From Selaginella moellendorffii (lineage: Eukaryota > Plantae > Lycopodiophyta), in NCBI RefSeq assembly GCF_000143415.4, contig NW_003314394.1:248042-312041 (forward strand): a stretch of DNA of 64,000 bases, in the 5' to 3' direction. The notes beneath the pieces are model-generated. The model was not told the DNA's origin. It saw only the letters and a program-made list of their open reading frames with translations, and made no database searches. How positions within the stretch are numbered: the stretch's first letter is position 1; each line of letters opens with the position of its first letter. Shown in pieces: positions 52,063 to 64,000 of the stretch. Both the position numbers and the translations under genes were made by a program.

Positions 52063-54020
52063 ATGAGACCTTTGGAAATAGCAATTCTCATAGTAGGCAG
52101 CCGGGGAGATGTGCAGCCGATTGTTGCCATCGCAAGGCATATGCAGCGAGTAAGTACTAGTCGAGAAGTTCAATTCGATCTTAATATCACTGCATTTGTA
52201 AACAGAAGTACAACCATCGAATCAGAGTAGCAACACATGTGGACTTCAGGAATCTGGTGATTGAGGGCGGCCTTGACTTCTATCCCTTGGGTGGAGATCC
52301 AAAGATACTTGTCCAATGTACTTCGCTTGATGCTTAAATCCTTCTCTGACATTGATTTCATCTACACATGGCAGAGAACAACGGATGCATTCTTCCCTTG
52401 CGTTTCAGCCGCATCTCCATTTACAGGAAGCAGCTAAGAGCGATCATCAACTCAGTGCTGCCAGCGTGCACTGAGCCTAGCATTCTGAATCCCTCGTTCC
52501 GAGCACAAGCCATACTAGCAAACCCAATGGCATACGGTATTTTGTTTATATCTTTGCAGCAACTTAAGCTTTTGTAATGATGTTGCTGCAGGTCATGTGC
52601 ACATTGCTGAGTATCTCAATGTTCCATTCCATTTGATATCTGCAATCCCCTGGACGTAAGTTGTAAGGCTTTCATTCTTATGTTGAAAGCTCAACCCCTT
52701 GTAACAGGCCAACCAGTGAGATTCTTCACCCATGTCTTCGTATCAAAGGACTGGATAATAAGGTAAACACTGAAAGAATTTCTTTCAGATTTGGTTTTGC
52801 TTTCTGGCTGCATACAGATGACATACAAGCTAGTGGATGTGTTTATGTGGCTGAGTTCTGGCTCCTTGTTGAACAAACTACGCAAAGACCAGCTCAAGCT
52901 CGATCCGCTTCCACTTTTGAGCAGCTTCATAGACTCCAATGTGTCCGCGACGTACACATGGAGTCCACACCTCCAAGCCTAAAGGTGGGAATGAATCTTG
53001 ATTCATGAAATTGATCTGTTGTCTGTGATCAGACTGGGGCGAGAACGTGGATGTGACTGGATTTTGCTTCTTGGATCAAGCACACGATTTCAAACCACCT
53101 TTGGGGCTTCTCAGTTGGCTAGAATCCGGGCAACCTCCCATACATATCGGGTTTGGCAGCTTGGTGAGATGAAAAACTTGGAAACGTTTTCATTCTGAAC
53201 TAACCTCATCAAAACCATGCTCTATTGATTAGCCTATGCAGGATCCAGAGCGCACAACAGAAATCATCATAGAAGCTCTCAAACTGACCGGCCAAAGAGG
53301 GATCATTTCCAAGGGCTGGGCTGGACTGGGTGGTGAATCAAGTACACCAAGTCATGTTCATTATATCACTAGTCGATTGAATTTCTGCATCCTCCTTGCA
53401 GCTGAATTCCCAGACCACATTTACGTGCTGGATGAAATTCCTCACGACTGGCTGTTTCCTCGCTGTTCTGGAGTCATCAACCACGGAGGCGTTGGCACAG
53501 TTGCTGCAAGCCTCAGGGCTGGGGTAACAAAATTGTGGACTCATTTTCTTCTTCTGAATTACGACCTTGGCAAATATATTGTGCAGTGTCCAACAGCAGT
53601 GGTCCATGCATGTAGTGATCAAGAGCTCTGGGGTGAAATTGTTCATTCAAATGGGGCTGGACCAGCACCGATCCACATATCTCAAATCTCCCTGCAGACA
53701 ATGGTCCAGTCTATTCTCTACTTGATCAAGCCTGAAGTATTGCTCGATTTTTCTTTGCTGTTTTTCAAAATTATTGTTATAACCAGGTTTATTTTCAGGT
53801 CAAAGAGAGAGCCATTCAATTATCCGAATGGCTGCAGCAAGAGAGTGCTATCGAGGCAGCAGTGAGATCCATTCATAAGCATCTTGATAAGAGTTTCAAG
53901 ACGAATGATTATTGTAAGAATGAGCCGAGTATGCCCGGGCACTGGGACAGAGTTTACTGCTGCTTTGTGTTTGCCTGCGTATTCATGAGAGAGTTACTTA
54001 CAAGAAAGTTGGATAATTAA
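52063..54020 (+). pseudogene. UGT80-like sterol 3-beta-glucosyltransferase, apparently disabled
   Basis: IAILIVGSRGDVQP, HRIRVATH, FYPLGGDPK, AILANPMAYGHVH, DWGENVDVTGFCFL, IGFGSL, PHDWLFPRC..VINHGG.GT. There is a frameshift at WSPHL|KPK (~52974, reads CAA GCC TAA), and the intron 2 acceptor reads AC instead of AG (~52365). Confidence 0.8.
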
Positions 54021-54412
54021 ATAATTAGTGTATATTATTATATAATGCATGGAAAATGGAAAAGTATAGTACCATCTCCAACTTTCACTTCAGCTCTTCA
54101 AAATAACCCATCGATGCTTGGTGTTGGGCAGACCCTTGCAAGAAAAATCAACCAGCTATAAAATTTGACAATTTTGCAATAAAAGTTTTCATCCTTTTTT
54201 GAAGTTAATTACAACATCACACACCCAATAACAAATATCACTGCCATGACTATGTCTTTATCTTTGTCTTTGATCACACAATAGCAAATATCACAACCAT
54301 GACCATGTACTCATATTTGTTTTTGAACACCAGCAACAGTAAAGGATTTCCTTCAGGCTTCTTGAATCTTTATAAGTCATGGTAATTGTCAACAATTTGT
54401 ACTATACGTTTT

Positions 54413-56967
54413 TTACAATGTCTTTTTTACGTCCTTTTGTTCTGTAAAGATTTTCACCAGGTTGACGAGGCCCTGGAACTTTTCCACGACTGTAAGCCCG
54501 TAAAACATTCTTACCAGAGCCTCCTCAAACTGAAAAGCATTCTCCGCTACGGGATACTGCCACAGCGAAGACGAGGATGATTACTACACAGTGAAGGAAA
54601 AGTGAGGTTTTCTTACCTGAAGTGGCTTGGGAATCACTGTCTTGAAAAAGGAAAATCGATCCTCGGCGATAGATTTCACCAGACAGCAGCCTCGAAGCCC
54701 TTCAACGCCGGCAAACTTTCCAAAACCGCTGTTCTTCACACCTCCAAAAGGAAGAGACTGCAGAAGAGGCAATCCTGGTGCTTTACAAAATGGACGAAGA
54801 AAAGTTTAGAGTACCTGGCACATATAAGTTACTGCAAAATCGTTGATAGCCGCCATTCCACAGTAGATTTTCGAAGCAATAGCAACAGCTCGCTCCTTGT
54901 TGGCCGAGAAAACCGAGCATCCTAGTCCAAAGTTGGAGTCATTTGCCAAAGTGATAGCTTCCTCGTCGCTGTGGAACTTCATGATGGGAATTATTGGACC
55001 AAAGATCTAGACAGAGCTTCACATATGTAAATCACTTGGAAATGAAAAGGATAACAAAGCTGCATACCTCTTCTTGCATCAAGCGCATTGAGTGATTGAC
55101 ATTCAAGAGAACAGTCGGAGGATAAAACTGTCCAACGACAGAGTTCCCAAAATCTGGGAGAACCAGATCTCCACGAACTGCAATCTCGGCACCTTTAGTA
55201 ACAGCGTCATTTACCAAAGCTTGCAAGCGATCAGTGTGTTCTTGTATGCACACTGCTCCCATGTCAAACAGACCCTCTAGAGGTGGCCCCTGTAAGAAGA
55301 GAGTTCGAACGATTCGAGAGTCGAGATTACAAAACCTCACTTACCATTCGGACTGTTCTCACGATTCTTACTACTTCATCCACAAACTGCTGGTAAATTT
55401 GAGCATGAATGTAAAATCTCTCGGCACCGGCACAGTTTTGGCCGCTTGACTGCAGAGCCGCTCTTGCAGCTATCTGAGCAACCTGGACAAATTCGAAAAA
55501 AACATTCGAGTTTCAACAGAAAAACTTAGCCAACAGAAAACTTGCCTGTAAAACATCTGCGTCTTCACAGACGATAAAAGGATCTTTTCCACCGAGCTCC
55601 AAAACCACAGGAGTTAATGTTTTAGCAGCTTGTTCCATCACCTGCATCGATACAACATAAATGACCAGATAGAAAACTCAAACAGCTACCATTTTCCCGA
55701 CGGCTGTTGAGCCAACGAATATCAATTTGTCCACAAGACTAACAAGCGCTTTTCCAGTTTCACCGTATCTGCCAGACTTCTTCAAGATAAATGCAAGAGT
55801 ATAGAAGAATTCGCGTACCCTGTGATGACATGAACAAGATCAGCGGGTGCTCCCGCGGCACGAAGAGCAGCTTTGATAATTCGAGAATAGAAAAACGCCG
55901 ACCAGCTTGCATGCTCTGAGACCTTTGCAAGTTAAACGTTTAGCAGCCATCGAAGAGAAGAGATCGATCATACCTTAATAACAATAGCATTGCCAGCGAA
56001 CACTGCAGAGACCATGGGATTTAAAATGTTATGAAATGGATAGTTCCATGGAACGATGGCCCCGATGACGCCAATAGGTGAGTACTCTACTCTTGCAGTC
56101 TTGTGAAGCATCATTCTTCCAGCAGATCTAAGAAAAGAAAAACGAAAATGTTAGAAGAAAAAGAAAAACAACATGAAGAGCTTTACGAGCCTGTATTCCG
56201 GCTGAAGCCATTGCTCGCCTTGGCCAACGAGCCAGCTTATCTTCTCACAAGTTGTCAAAATCTCCCCCAGCGCAGCATCAACTAGAGTTTTTCCAGAATC
56301 TCTTGCTGACACTCTGAAATGCGAAAAACAAACTCGTATAAGCACATCATTGTACGCAAGCCACTTACTCACAAATGAGCTCTTGATGATCGATGGTGTA
56401 CTTGAGCAAAATTCTCAGTAGCTGTCGTCGCTTCTCAAAGCTACTCCGAGCCCATTTCTTCTGAGCTTCTCGGGCTCTGGCGACGTGATCACTAACCTGG
56501 ACAACTCCAAAACCAAGAGAAGAAAAAGAAGAAGAACATGAGAAAAATGCGCAAAGAAATTTCCCAGCTCGCTCACCTCATCGAAATTCAATGCAGGTAA
56601 CTGGCCGAGGTACTTCATGGTAGCCGGATCGTAACACTGCACAGTATCCTCGTCGCCACTCCTCCTTCTAGCCACCTGAAAGACATTTTTCCAGATCAAG
56701 ACCTTTCCTTCTCGCTGCTTCCTAGCTCACTCCACACACATGAGAATGTAGCTTACATAGATATAGCTATCGTCGTCCCCGCCCTTGCCCAGCATCACTG
56801 CGCCAAGAAAATCCCTTGATCGATGCGAGAAAGGAATCAATCGAATCGCGCTTACCGTCGGAGGTATCAACCACGATCTCGGGCACCACGGGCGGGATGA
56901 GCAGCATGAGGAGGCGGCAGAGGTAGAAGAGGATCGCCAAGATCGCCACGGCCCACAGCACATCCAT
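54413..56967 (-). CDS. ALDH22A1: Aldehyde dehydrogenase family 22, multi-exon
   Basis: [73 protein letters not shown] (catalytic Cys), [29 protein letters not shown]. Stop TAA at 54413-54415. GC-AG intron at 55483-55545. Confidence 0.93.
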
Positions 56968-57058
56968 GGCGATGGAAAACGAAAAAACCTAGCCCTTCCA
57001 ATCAAATCGGGAATATACCTTTGCCTCTACTCTCGAGGTTTAGGGTTTTTGGGCAGCG

Positions 57059-57562
57059 ATGGCGGATCTCTTCCAGGGACCGGCACCGCCGTGGTGCATT
57101 GGCGCGGTGTTTCGAGCGCCACATTTGCGAGCCGGCGCCGATCGTAAGCTCGATCTAGCGATATTTCCAGCTCTGATTGATCGATCGTCTTCTACAGGCG
57201 GGCCTCTGCTGTTTGATTCCGTGGGAGAGCCTCAACAAATACTGTCGACGGGGTGTAAGCTACATCTCTTTGATCATCCGATTCCTCCCCTTGAGAAGGT
57301 TTCTCGAAAATTTCGACCCCAATGCTGGATTTTTCTCATTGTGCGCTTGTTTTGTCCGCAGCAATCACGCTACGCGGAGGAGGACGCATCGATCGGCTAC
57401 ACCCCCGATTCTCTCCTCCACGGGCTCGTCCAGGAGGACACAGCTGCGAAGGTTGCTATGATCCACGACAGTAACAACATTTTTGGAAACAGACTGGAGT
57501 GTATGCAAGTGTGTTCTAAGTTTCTTACTCTTGTTCTCTCATTTGATTATTCTTCTTCTTCT

Positions 57563-57614
<52 letters not shown>

Positions 57615-60273
57615 GTCAAGATGGAAAGCTCCAGCTCACATTTCCCGTTGGTGAGAACTTCAACAGTATAGGAAGCATACTTTGCGAGCGTGATCCCGCT
57701 GGTCGCTTGTGTCCTCTAAAAAAGCAAGAGGACGAGCCGGACAGTGAGTGGCTCGGTGGCGTGAGAATGTCAGTCTCACCAACATTGAATCATCCCATCC
57801 GCCAGGTACTTGTTACCTCTTTCTCTCGTTCTCTTCTTTACTTCGGTTTCAGTTATCAGCGATGAAGATTTCGAATTCAAGTGTAGATGAGAACATCCTA
57901 GTAGCTAGGACTCAGCATCAAGTACATGTTATGAACGTTCTAAGAGAAGTAACTTTTTTTTTTTTTTTTTTTGGGCTTCGATAGCTTGATCAGGAGTTTA
58001 CAGGAAGATCGTGTATGCTTTGCTTCACGCTCAGTGACGACTTACCGCCAGGGTGTATCTCATGTAAGCTTTTCATTTTGTGTTTCATGATGGTGGATCA
58101 CGATGCGGCTTCCGCAGGTGGTCTGGAGTCCTTATATCGAGGGAGAACTTGCAACTGTCCTGGAGTCTGGGGAGGTTTTCGTTTACAATGTGCACTCCAC
58201 TAAACAGTCTACAAACAATCTACGAGCGAACTTTGTAGTACAGGCGCGCATGGTCGAGGCTGCAACGGCCGACGGAAGTGGCGCTGCTAAGTTTCCAAAG
58301 GCTGTGGTTGCCGAGATTTGGAATCTCAGGCGGAGCTGGTGGCGAGTCGAGTATGGTTGGCATCCGAAGCTGCTTGTCATAGCGAACGCAGAGGACATTC
58401 TTTTATCCGACTTAAGACATGGCAACGCGACTACTCTACTTGGTACTGTTGGAAACAGCAAAAATTACTGCCATCAGAGGCGCTGCGAACAGGATCGCTT
58501 CGTAGCTATAGTGCGCCCTGAGGATCGTGGTTATCATTTTGCTGCTGCAACTATGGAACATATCATGCTCTTCGACATTCGCAGGCCAAGAATGCCACTA
58601 CTTCAGGTTTGTATCTTCTACTTTCTGCTAGCCTGATTCTTGATTTTTCCCTTTTTCATTCTGTAGTGGGAACACTCAATGCACGACGATTCTCCCGGAT
58701 ATTTGTCTATGCATCCTCTGTCATGGCTCCGGCCTGAGGAAGATAATGGCGCAGGTAATGAGTTTGCAGGTAACGTGAGTTTTGATGATTATGTCGTGCA
58801 GGAAGAGTTATTCTGGCTGCGAGCTTTCGGTCTGGTGATGTTCGAGCATTCTGCTATGGTCCTCAAGCGCCATCTACTGCAATCGTGTCAGGAGCAAGTT
58901 CCAGATTTCGTGAGATAGAGGAAGCGTACTGTGCGTGGGATCTTCCGTCTAAGATTTTCACTTCTCGTCCTCGGAAACTATCCATGACGGCACTTTATGA
59001 TTCTCTTTCCACTGGAACGCAGGACAGCTATATTGAAAGCCTGTCTGGAGTTGCGGTTCTGCCTGGGGCAAAGACTGGTTTCAGCTTGTTGCAACTTACG
59101 GGTACAGGTGACATTCTGAATCAACCTTATATCGCTTCCAAGACCTTGAAGAGAGAAAAGAGCACTAAGTTGTGCGAGTATCCTGATCGTTTAATAGGTG
59201 GGTTTGAATTGTTTCATGGTTTTTCTCCTCTAACCATGATATATGCAGCTAAGAACAAGAAGAAGCTTGTTATGAAAAATTGCTCTTTCCCAGCTATGCT
59301 CAACTGTATGACTAGCTTCTGAAGCGTTGTGTTTTCTGACGCTGTTTTTCTTTGCAGACGTGAAACACGGACTGGATTGTCTTGCGGCTTTGGGGTCATC
59401 TCATGAAAGCAAACGTATACTATGGGACTGTGCTTGTACTAGTTTTGACTGGAATTGCGGTGATTTGCAGGGCTGAAGGCAACAGTGATGGACCCTGTGG
59501 AAGACTACCAGGATCGCATATACAAGGTTTTGTCGGACGTTGAAGTCTTTCTCTCGAAGTATCCTTTTTCTTTTTCCTGGCTTCTTCTTTGTGTGTCTTG
59601 ACGATTTTCAAGCCATGAGATATCGTTTAAGGTACTGCTCATGGGTCTATCAAAAGATCTAGCACTACACGCAGCAAAGATGCCGTCAAACGTCACAGGA
59701 TATATTGATGTTACTGATAGAACACCTTATCTTCGACCACCGCTGAAATATTTGGAAATGCAAGAAACTCCGGTTCCAGTTCCGTTGCCGGTGCTTCTGG
59801 AAATTCAGGCTAAGGAAGGCAACAGAAAGGCAACAAAAGAGAGCTTCCAAGCTGCCTGTGACGCGGTTGAAACAGTAACATCCAGCTTAAGAAAGAAACA
59901 GGAAGAACCAATTGTGTCTCTTGGTCAAGGTGAAGATGCAAGCTTCAATTTGTCCCAGCAGTTACTATTCCACTCAAAGCACTCAGATTCTGGAGCATCA
60001 TCGTCATCGAGCACTGGCAGCATGAAATCCCAGATTTATGTTGGATCACAAGAACTAGTTGGAGGAGAAGCTGGGTCGTCGAAAGTTTTCGGGCGACTCA
60101 AATCAGGTTCGTCTGCTCTCAGTCGATATTCTTATTTTGATTTTCTTTCCCTGCTGACAGATGAATTTGAACCGTCAACGTTTGGGGCCTTGGAGCGCTT
60201 GCAAATGGACTTTGAGAAATGGCAGCAAAACTATGCTCCATACGTAAACTACTGTAAAGGAAAACGTCTGTAA
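57059..60273 (+). CDS. Probable TAF1C/Rrn6-like RNA polymerase I TBP-associated factor, multi-exon
   Basis: GPLLFD, VVWSPYIEGE, WWRVEYGWHPKLLVIA, IMLFDIRRPRMPLLQWEH, AFGSGDVRAFCYG, YCAWDLPS and LLQLTGTGDI resemble recalled plant TAF1C motifs. Confidence 0.68.
57565..57610. repeat. (TG)23 microsatellite abutting an intron 3' splice site
   Basis: The repeat is followed immediately by CAG|TGTCAAGATGG. Confidence 0.95.
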
Positions 60274-60327
60274 GGCGAGCCTCGGGAAATACCGATTCAA
60301 CGCTTTCTATTTACATTCTTCGTTTTG

Positions 60328-61272
60328 TTATTTAGTTACTATGCATCTAGTAGGCGAGCCATCAGAGCCGATTAATGCTGCTGGAAGGCAATTCAGCGTA
60401 TAGAAACCGGATTGAACGTTGTCCAAGTTCAATCCTTCCACGAGTACGACTCCCTGTAAGGTAAACATATATTGCAGCATTGATAAAGCAGGCTAACTCA
60501 ACTCACCTTGCTCAGGAGGGGCTTGTGCGTCGCATCCGGCTCGTTGTAAACTCCGACGGAAAGGTAGTCGAGTCCTGTATATATGCGCGTGAGAACAAAG
60601 AAGCACCAAACGGAACGTACCGATGAGCTTAAGGGATGTGTTCTGAGCTATCCATTCTGCTCCGTCTTTGGTCAGTGCGGTGAAATCCGACGTGAACTCT
60701 CGCTTCCACATGAGCCTCCTGGGATTATGGCTTACTATCAGATTCTCCTCTCAATTCATTTTTCTTGGAGAGCTAACCGTTCTGTATTCAGTGTTCTGAA
60801 TAGCACGCGCTCAACTCCAGAGGGGACGACGTTCTTGACAACCTCGGCTGTTATGTTTTGATCCTTCGGTGTCTCCACCACAAGCACAAGTCCTGGTAAC
60901 AAAATGCTTGGTTTAAGAAAAACTAACTGGCTGTGTACCAGTGAGGATGTCAAGCTTGAGACTGTTGGTGGTGTCGACTCCATTCAGGAAATCCTTCTGG
61001 AGAAAATGGCTTGGCGAATCAACATGTGTTCCAGTGTGCACGATGAGCTTGAGTTCCGAGACATTGACAAGGGATCCATTGACGATACTTGCGACGAGAC
61101 TTACAACCTTTCCGAGTCCCTCCTTGGAATCCCACACGGGTAAATCTTGTCGAAGAGCGTGCGTTATGTCTGTTATCTGACGAGCCTCCTCAACTGCAGC
61201 TAGCTCACGAGCTCCTGTCCGGACTGTCAAAGCCATCACCATCAGATTAATCAAAAGCCCGAACAAAGCCAT
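60328..61272 (-). CDS. Cyclase-like protein / kynurenine formamidase family, signal peptide, multi-exon
   Basis: [12 protein letters not shown] metal-binding motif, [54 protein letters not shown] at 60328-60330. Confidence 0.93.
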
Positions 61273-62781
61273 GCGTGAAAGCTTTCTCTTCAAGACGCTG
61301 AGTTTGAATGCTCGCTTCTCACTCTTCACTGGTAAGATCTTAACATGAAATAATAAATTCACTTTCGTGGGAATTTATGTTGTGACTTTGACGCGTTTTT
61401 TTTGCTGCCGAACGTACAGGAGAAGCGAGTACTTGGGAGAAACATTCCCGCTCCCAGCCAAAACAACGAATTCCTCCTCTTCTCTTCCACCCAAGGTACT
61501 TTGTTTTTCTATCTTTTCTTTCCGCTCGCTCTGTTTCTAGCAAGGAACGAATGTCTGGAATCGTGCCATGACATGTCACTGCGTGTTGCAGGGCCCTTTG
61601 TTTAGTCGCTAAGCGATGGAAGTTGTTCTTGACATGAAAGGGACACAGTGGCCGAAAGCAAAATGGAGGAGCAAAGCAACCAACGACACAGGCAAGAAAA
61701 GAAGATCACTCAAGTGTTCTTTGGCTTCACGGGAGAGTTTTTCGCAGATCTTGCGAGATTTGGACGCGCCAGCGATCGAGCGAGCTTGATTGATTGAGCG
61801 TAAGTTTGGTCGCTTGAATTGCTGCTTTTAAAGGAATGTAGAGCTAACTTTACTGCCGCAGATCAAACAAAGACACATTAATTCGCGCCACATGAATGTC
61901 AAAACACTATTTTTTCCTCACCAGGTGAAAAAATATTCGTTGTTTTTTTCAAACATTCTAACTGGAGGATATTCTTTTCTTAACGGAATGGTTAAGCCAG
62001 GAAAATGCGGCGTGACCTGGCGCCACGTTTTGCGACGGGGCCCACCGCGTGGGATCGGCGCCGTTGGTTGTAGATATCGGACGGCTGGGCTTGCCGGCGC
62101 TCGGGGATTGGGCCACGAGTCGAGATGGTGACCGTCGATGCGAGTGAAATGGACGGCCGACAGTTTCGTCGCCGAGGGAGGGAAGTGAAAGGCTTTAGAG
62201 GTGAGAGAGAGGCTCTTCTTCTTCTCTGTTTGGAGAGCGCGACGAAAGAGAAAGAAACCCCTGGTAGGGTTCGTGCTCGGTGTCAATTCGATCGTGGCGG
62301 CCGCCATTGCGATGCGTGAGAAAGATACGAGGTGAGCAAGGATCCTTTCCTCTCCCGCCGATGATCCGAAATCTCTCCTTGCATCGCGGAATGCAGGTCC
62401 TGGCGCCTGGTACTGCGCAAGAAAATGGTGTGATTCTCAAAGACCTCGCTGGATTTCGCTGTACGTGAGGCGAGAATTCCACTGGCAAGGCCAAAGGCGG
62501 GGCATGCGTTTCGTGCCTGGAGCGAGAGGCGCTACACACGCATTCCTGATGCTTCGACGGCGACTAGTGAGAATTTCGAGGTACAAGAAATCTGCGTTAC
62601 ACTACAGCGTGGTCTGAATCAATGCTCTTCTCCAAAACTGTATAGGAGTGGATTGGCCGCGAGAGCTCGTAGCAGCCATCATAGTCTCTAGCGATTCCTA
62701 GAGGTAAGCTATGCTTGGAGTTGGAGTTTCTTCTTTTACTTAGCGGCTTGCTTCCATGGCCCAGGAAGGAAGACTACTACC

Positions 62782-64000
62782 ATGGCGAAACTCAAGTCAC
62801 TCTTTGGAGCAAACGTAAAGACCACCCCGGAAGAAGGAGCAACCAAGGAGATGTCGAGTAGGAACAGGACTCCCAGTGTGGTGGCCAGGCTGATGGGTTT
62901 GGAGGCTCTTCCGGCGGAGCCAGCTACGACAGGGAAGAAGGAAAAGGCCGTGGTGTTGTTGGAAAAGCGTGTGCCGGATTCCAACACACTGGTAGATATC
63001 ACAGTGTCAGGGAAGCGGCTGAATGGAGGGGTCACGAGATCTCAGAAGTCGAGGAGTTTTGATGAAGCCTTTGACGACCGGCATAAAGATGTGCGTGAGG
63101 TGCGAGCGGTACTCCAGGGGGCCGAGTGCTTGCAATCCATACAGCTCGACGAGCTCAACCGGCAGCTCCTGGCCAAGCACATGAGAGTTTTGGACGAGCT
63201 CAAGGAAGCCAAGCAGCAGATGGCGCAGGGTAAGGCTGGTGTGGAAAGGCAGCAGCAGCAGCCTCGCAAGGGACTTAGCGATTCAAGCGAGTTTTTGGAC
63301 GCGGTGGAACTCTTACAGGCAAATAGGCAGTTTTTCGAGAAGTATTTTCGGAGCTCGGGAGCTTTGGAGGCCATCTCACAGAGAAACGATTCTGCTTCGT
63401 CGACACGGGAAAGTAAACGGGAAAACAAGTTGCCGACGGGAAGGATTCCTCGTTTTCTGAGCGGTCAGTCAAGTCCTCGTCCTCTGATGAAAGAGCAGTC
63501 CAAGGTGCTGAATGGTGACAGCGGCAGGCTTCTAACGAGTCGGGATGAAAAACACGAGGTGTCTAGTATAGTGGTGCTGAAACCAAGGAAGAGAACCGAT
63601 CAACGAGACCGAGAATCAAAGCAGGAAGATCAACGAGAACGAGAATCGAAGCAGGAAAAGCAAACGGTCAAGGACAGGAAGGACATTGCTAAGCTGATTG
63701 CGAAGAAGATCAAGGAGAGTATATCGAAGGAAGTTGCAAAAACATTCTATTCGAAGGTGGAATCCGGGTCACCACAGCGATCACCTAGCAGAAGTTTTGA
63801 TAAGTCGGACGATACACCAAGAAGCAGGCATTCGCGGAGTTTGAGCCAGCCAGAGTCCGAGTTTTCTGGTGATCTAGACGCTAGTGCAAGGAAAAATGTC
63901 ACAAGAGTGACAGACTTGGATAAGAGGAAGCCTGAATCTGTGTCACCGAGATCAAAGCGTCTTTCTAGAAATTCTGGATCCAGGGATGACACCAACTCTA
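62782..64000 (+). CDS. TRM/LONGIFOLIA-family (TON1-recruiting motif, DUF3741) protein, 3'-truncated by window edge
   Basis: Open frame from ATG 62782 contains TPSVVARLMGLEALP, SSEFLDAVELLQANRQFFEKYF and SIVVLKP. Not in the ORF track because it runs off the window. Confidence 0.85.
   Translation, partial: MAKLKSLFGANVKTTPEEGATKEMSSRNRTPSVVARLMGLEALPAEPATTGKKEKAVVLLEKRVPDSNTLVDITVSGKRLNGGVTRSQKSRSFDEAFDDRHKDVREVRAVLQGAECLQSIQLDELNRQLLAKHMRVLDELKEAKQQMAQGKAGVERQQQQPRKGLSDSSEFLDAVELLQANRQFFEKYFRSSGALEAISQRNDSASSTRESKRENKLPTGRIPRFLSGQSSPRPLMKEQSKVLNGDSGRLLTSRDEKHEVSSIVVLKPRKRTDQRDRESKQEDQRERESKQEKQTVKDRKDIAKLIAKKIKESISKEVAKTFYSKVESGSPQRSPSRSFDKSDDTPRSRHSRSLSQPESEFSGDLDASARKNVTRVTDLDKRKPESVSPRSKRLSRNSGSRDDTNS

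Noticed and set aside
63042-63995. Minus-strand ORFs including a Cys-run
   Set aside because: Mirror frame of the TRM coding sequence (CAG repeats).

Overview
Eukaryotic plant genomic DNA with very short (about 45-80 nt) introns and tightly packed genes. This and the PLS-type PPR remnant suggest a Selaginella-like lycophyte (inference, not verified). There are two gene-dense blocks. Block 1 (1-12.8 kb) holds pectin acetylesterase, a Cys/Pro-rich ferritin-like PCC13-62-type protein, ARPC5, tRNA-Gly(TCC), diacylglycerol kinase, a GT90/CAP10 glycosyltransferase, CDKB, an SFR2-like GH1 and a frameshifted F-box gene. Block 2 (52-64 kb) holds a damaged UGT80-like sterol glucosyltransferase, ALDH22, TAF1C-like, a cyclase/kynurenine formamidase and a TRM/LONGIFOLIA-like gene. 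Between them lies a ~38 kb accessory island. It contains collapsed duplicates of both flanking blocks, nested LTR remnants (a solo LTR with TSD, a 553-bp TRIM with 5S-rRNA-like sequence in its LTRs, Copia and Gypsy pol remnants), a 795-N gap, and three Crinkler/RHS-type P-loop NTPase + restriction-endonuclease-fold genes (one apparently intact, two decayed and back-to-back). The CR-type NTPase-nuclease cluster and the Cassandra-like TRIM are the most interesting elements. All family assignments come from recognised motifs, not database searches.
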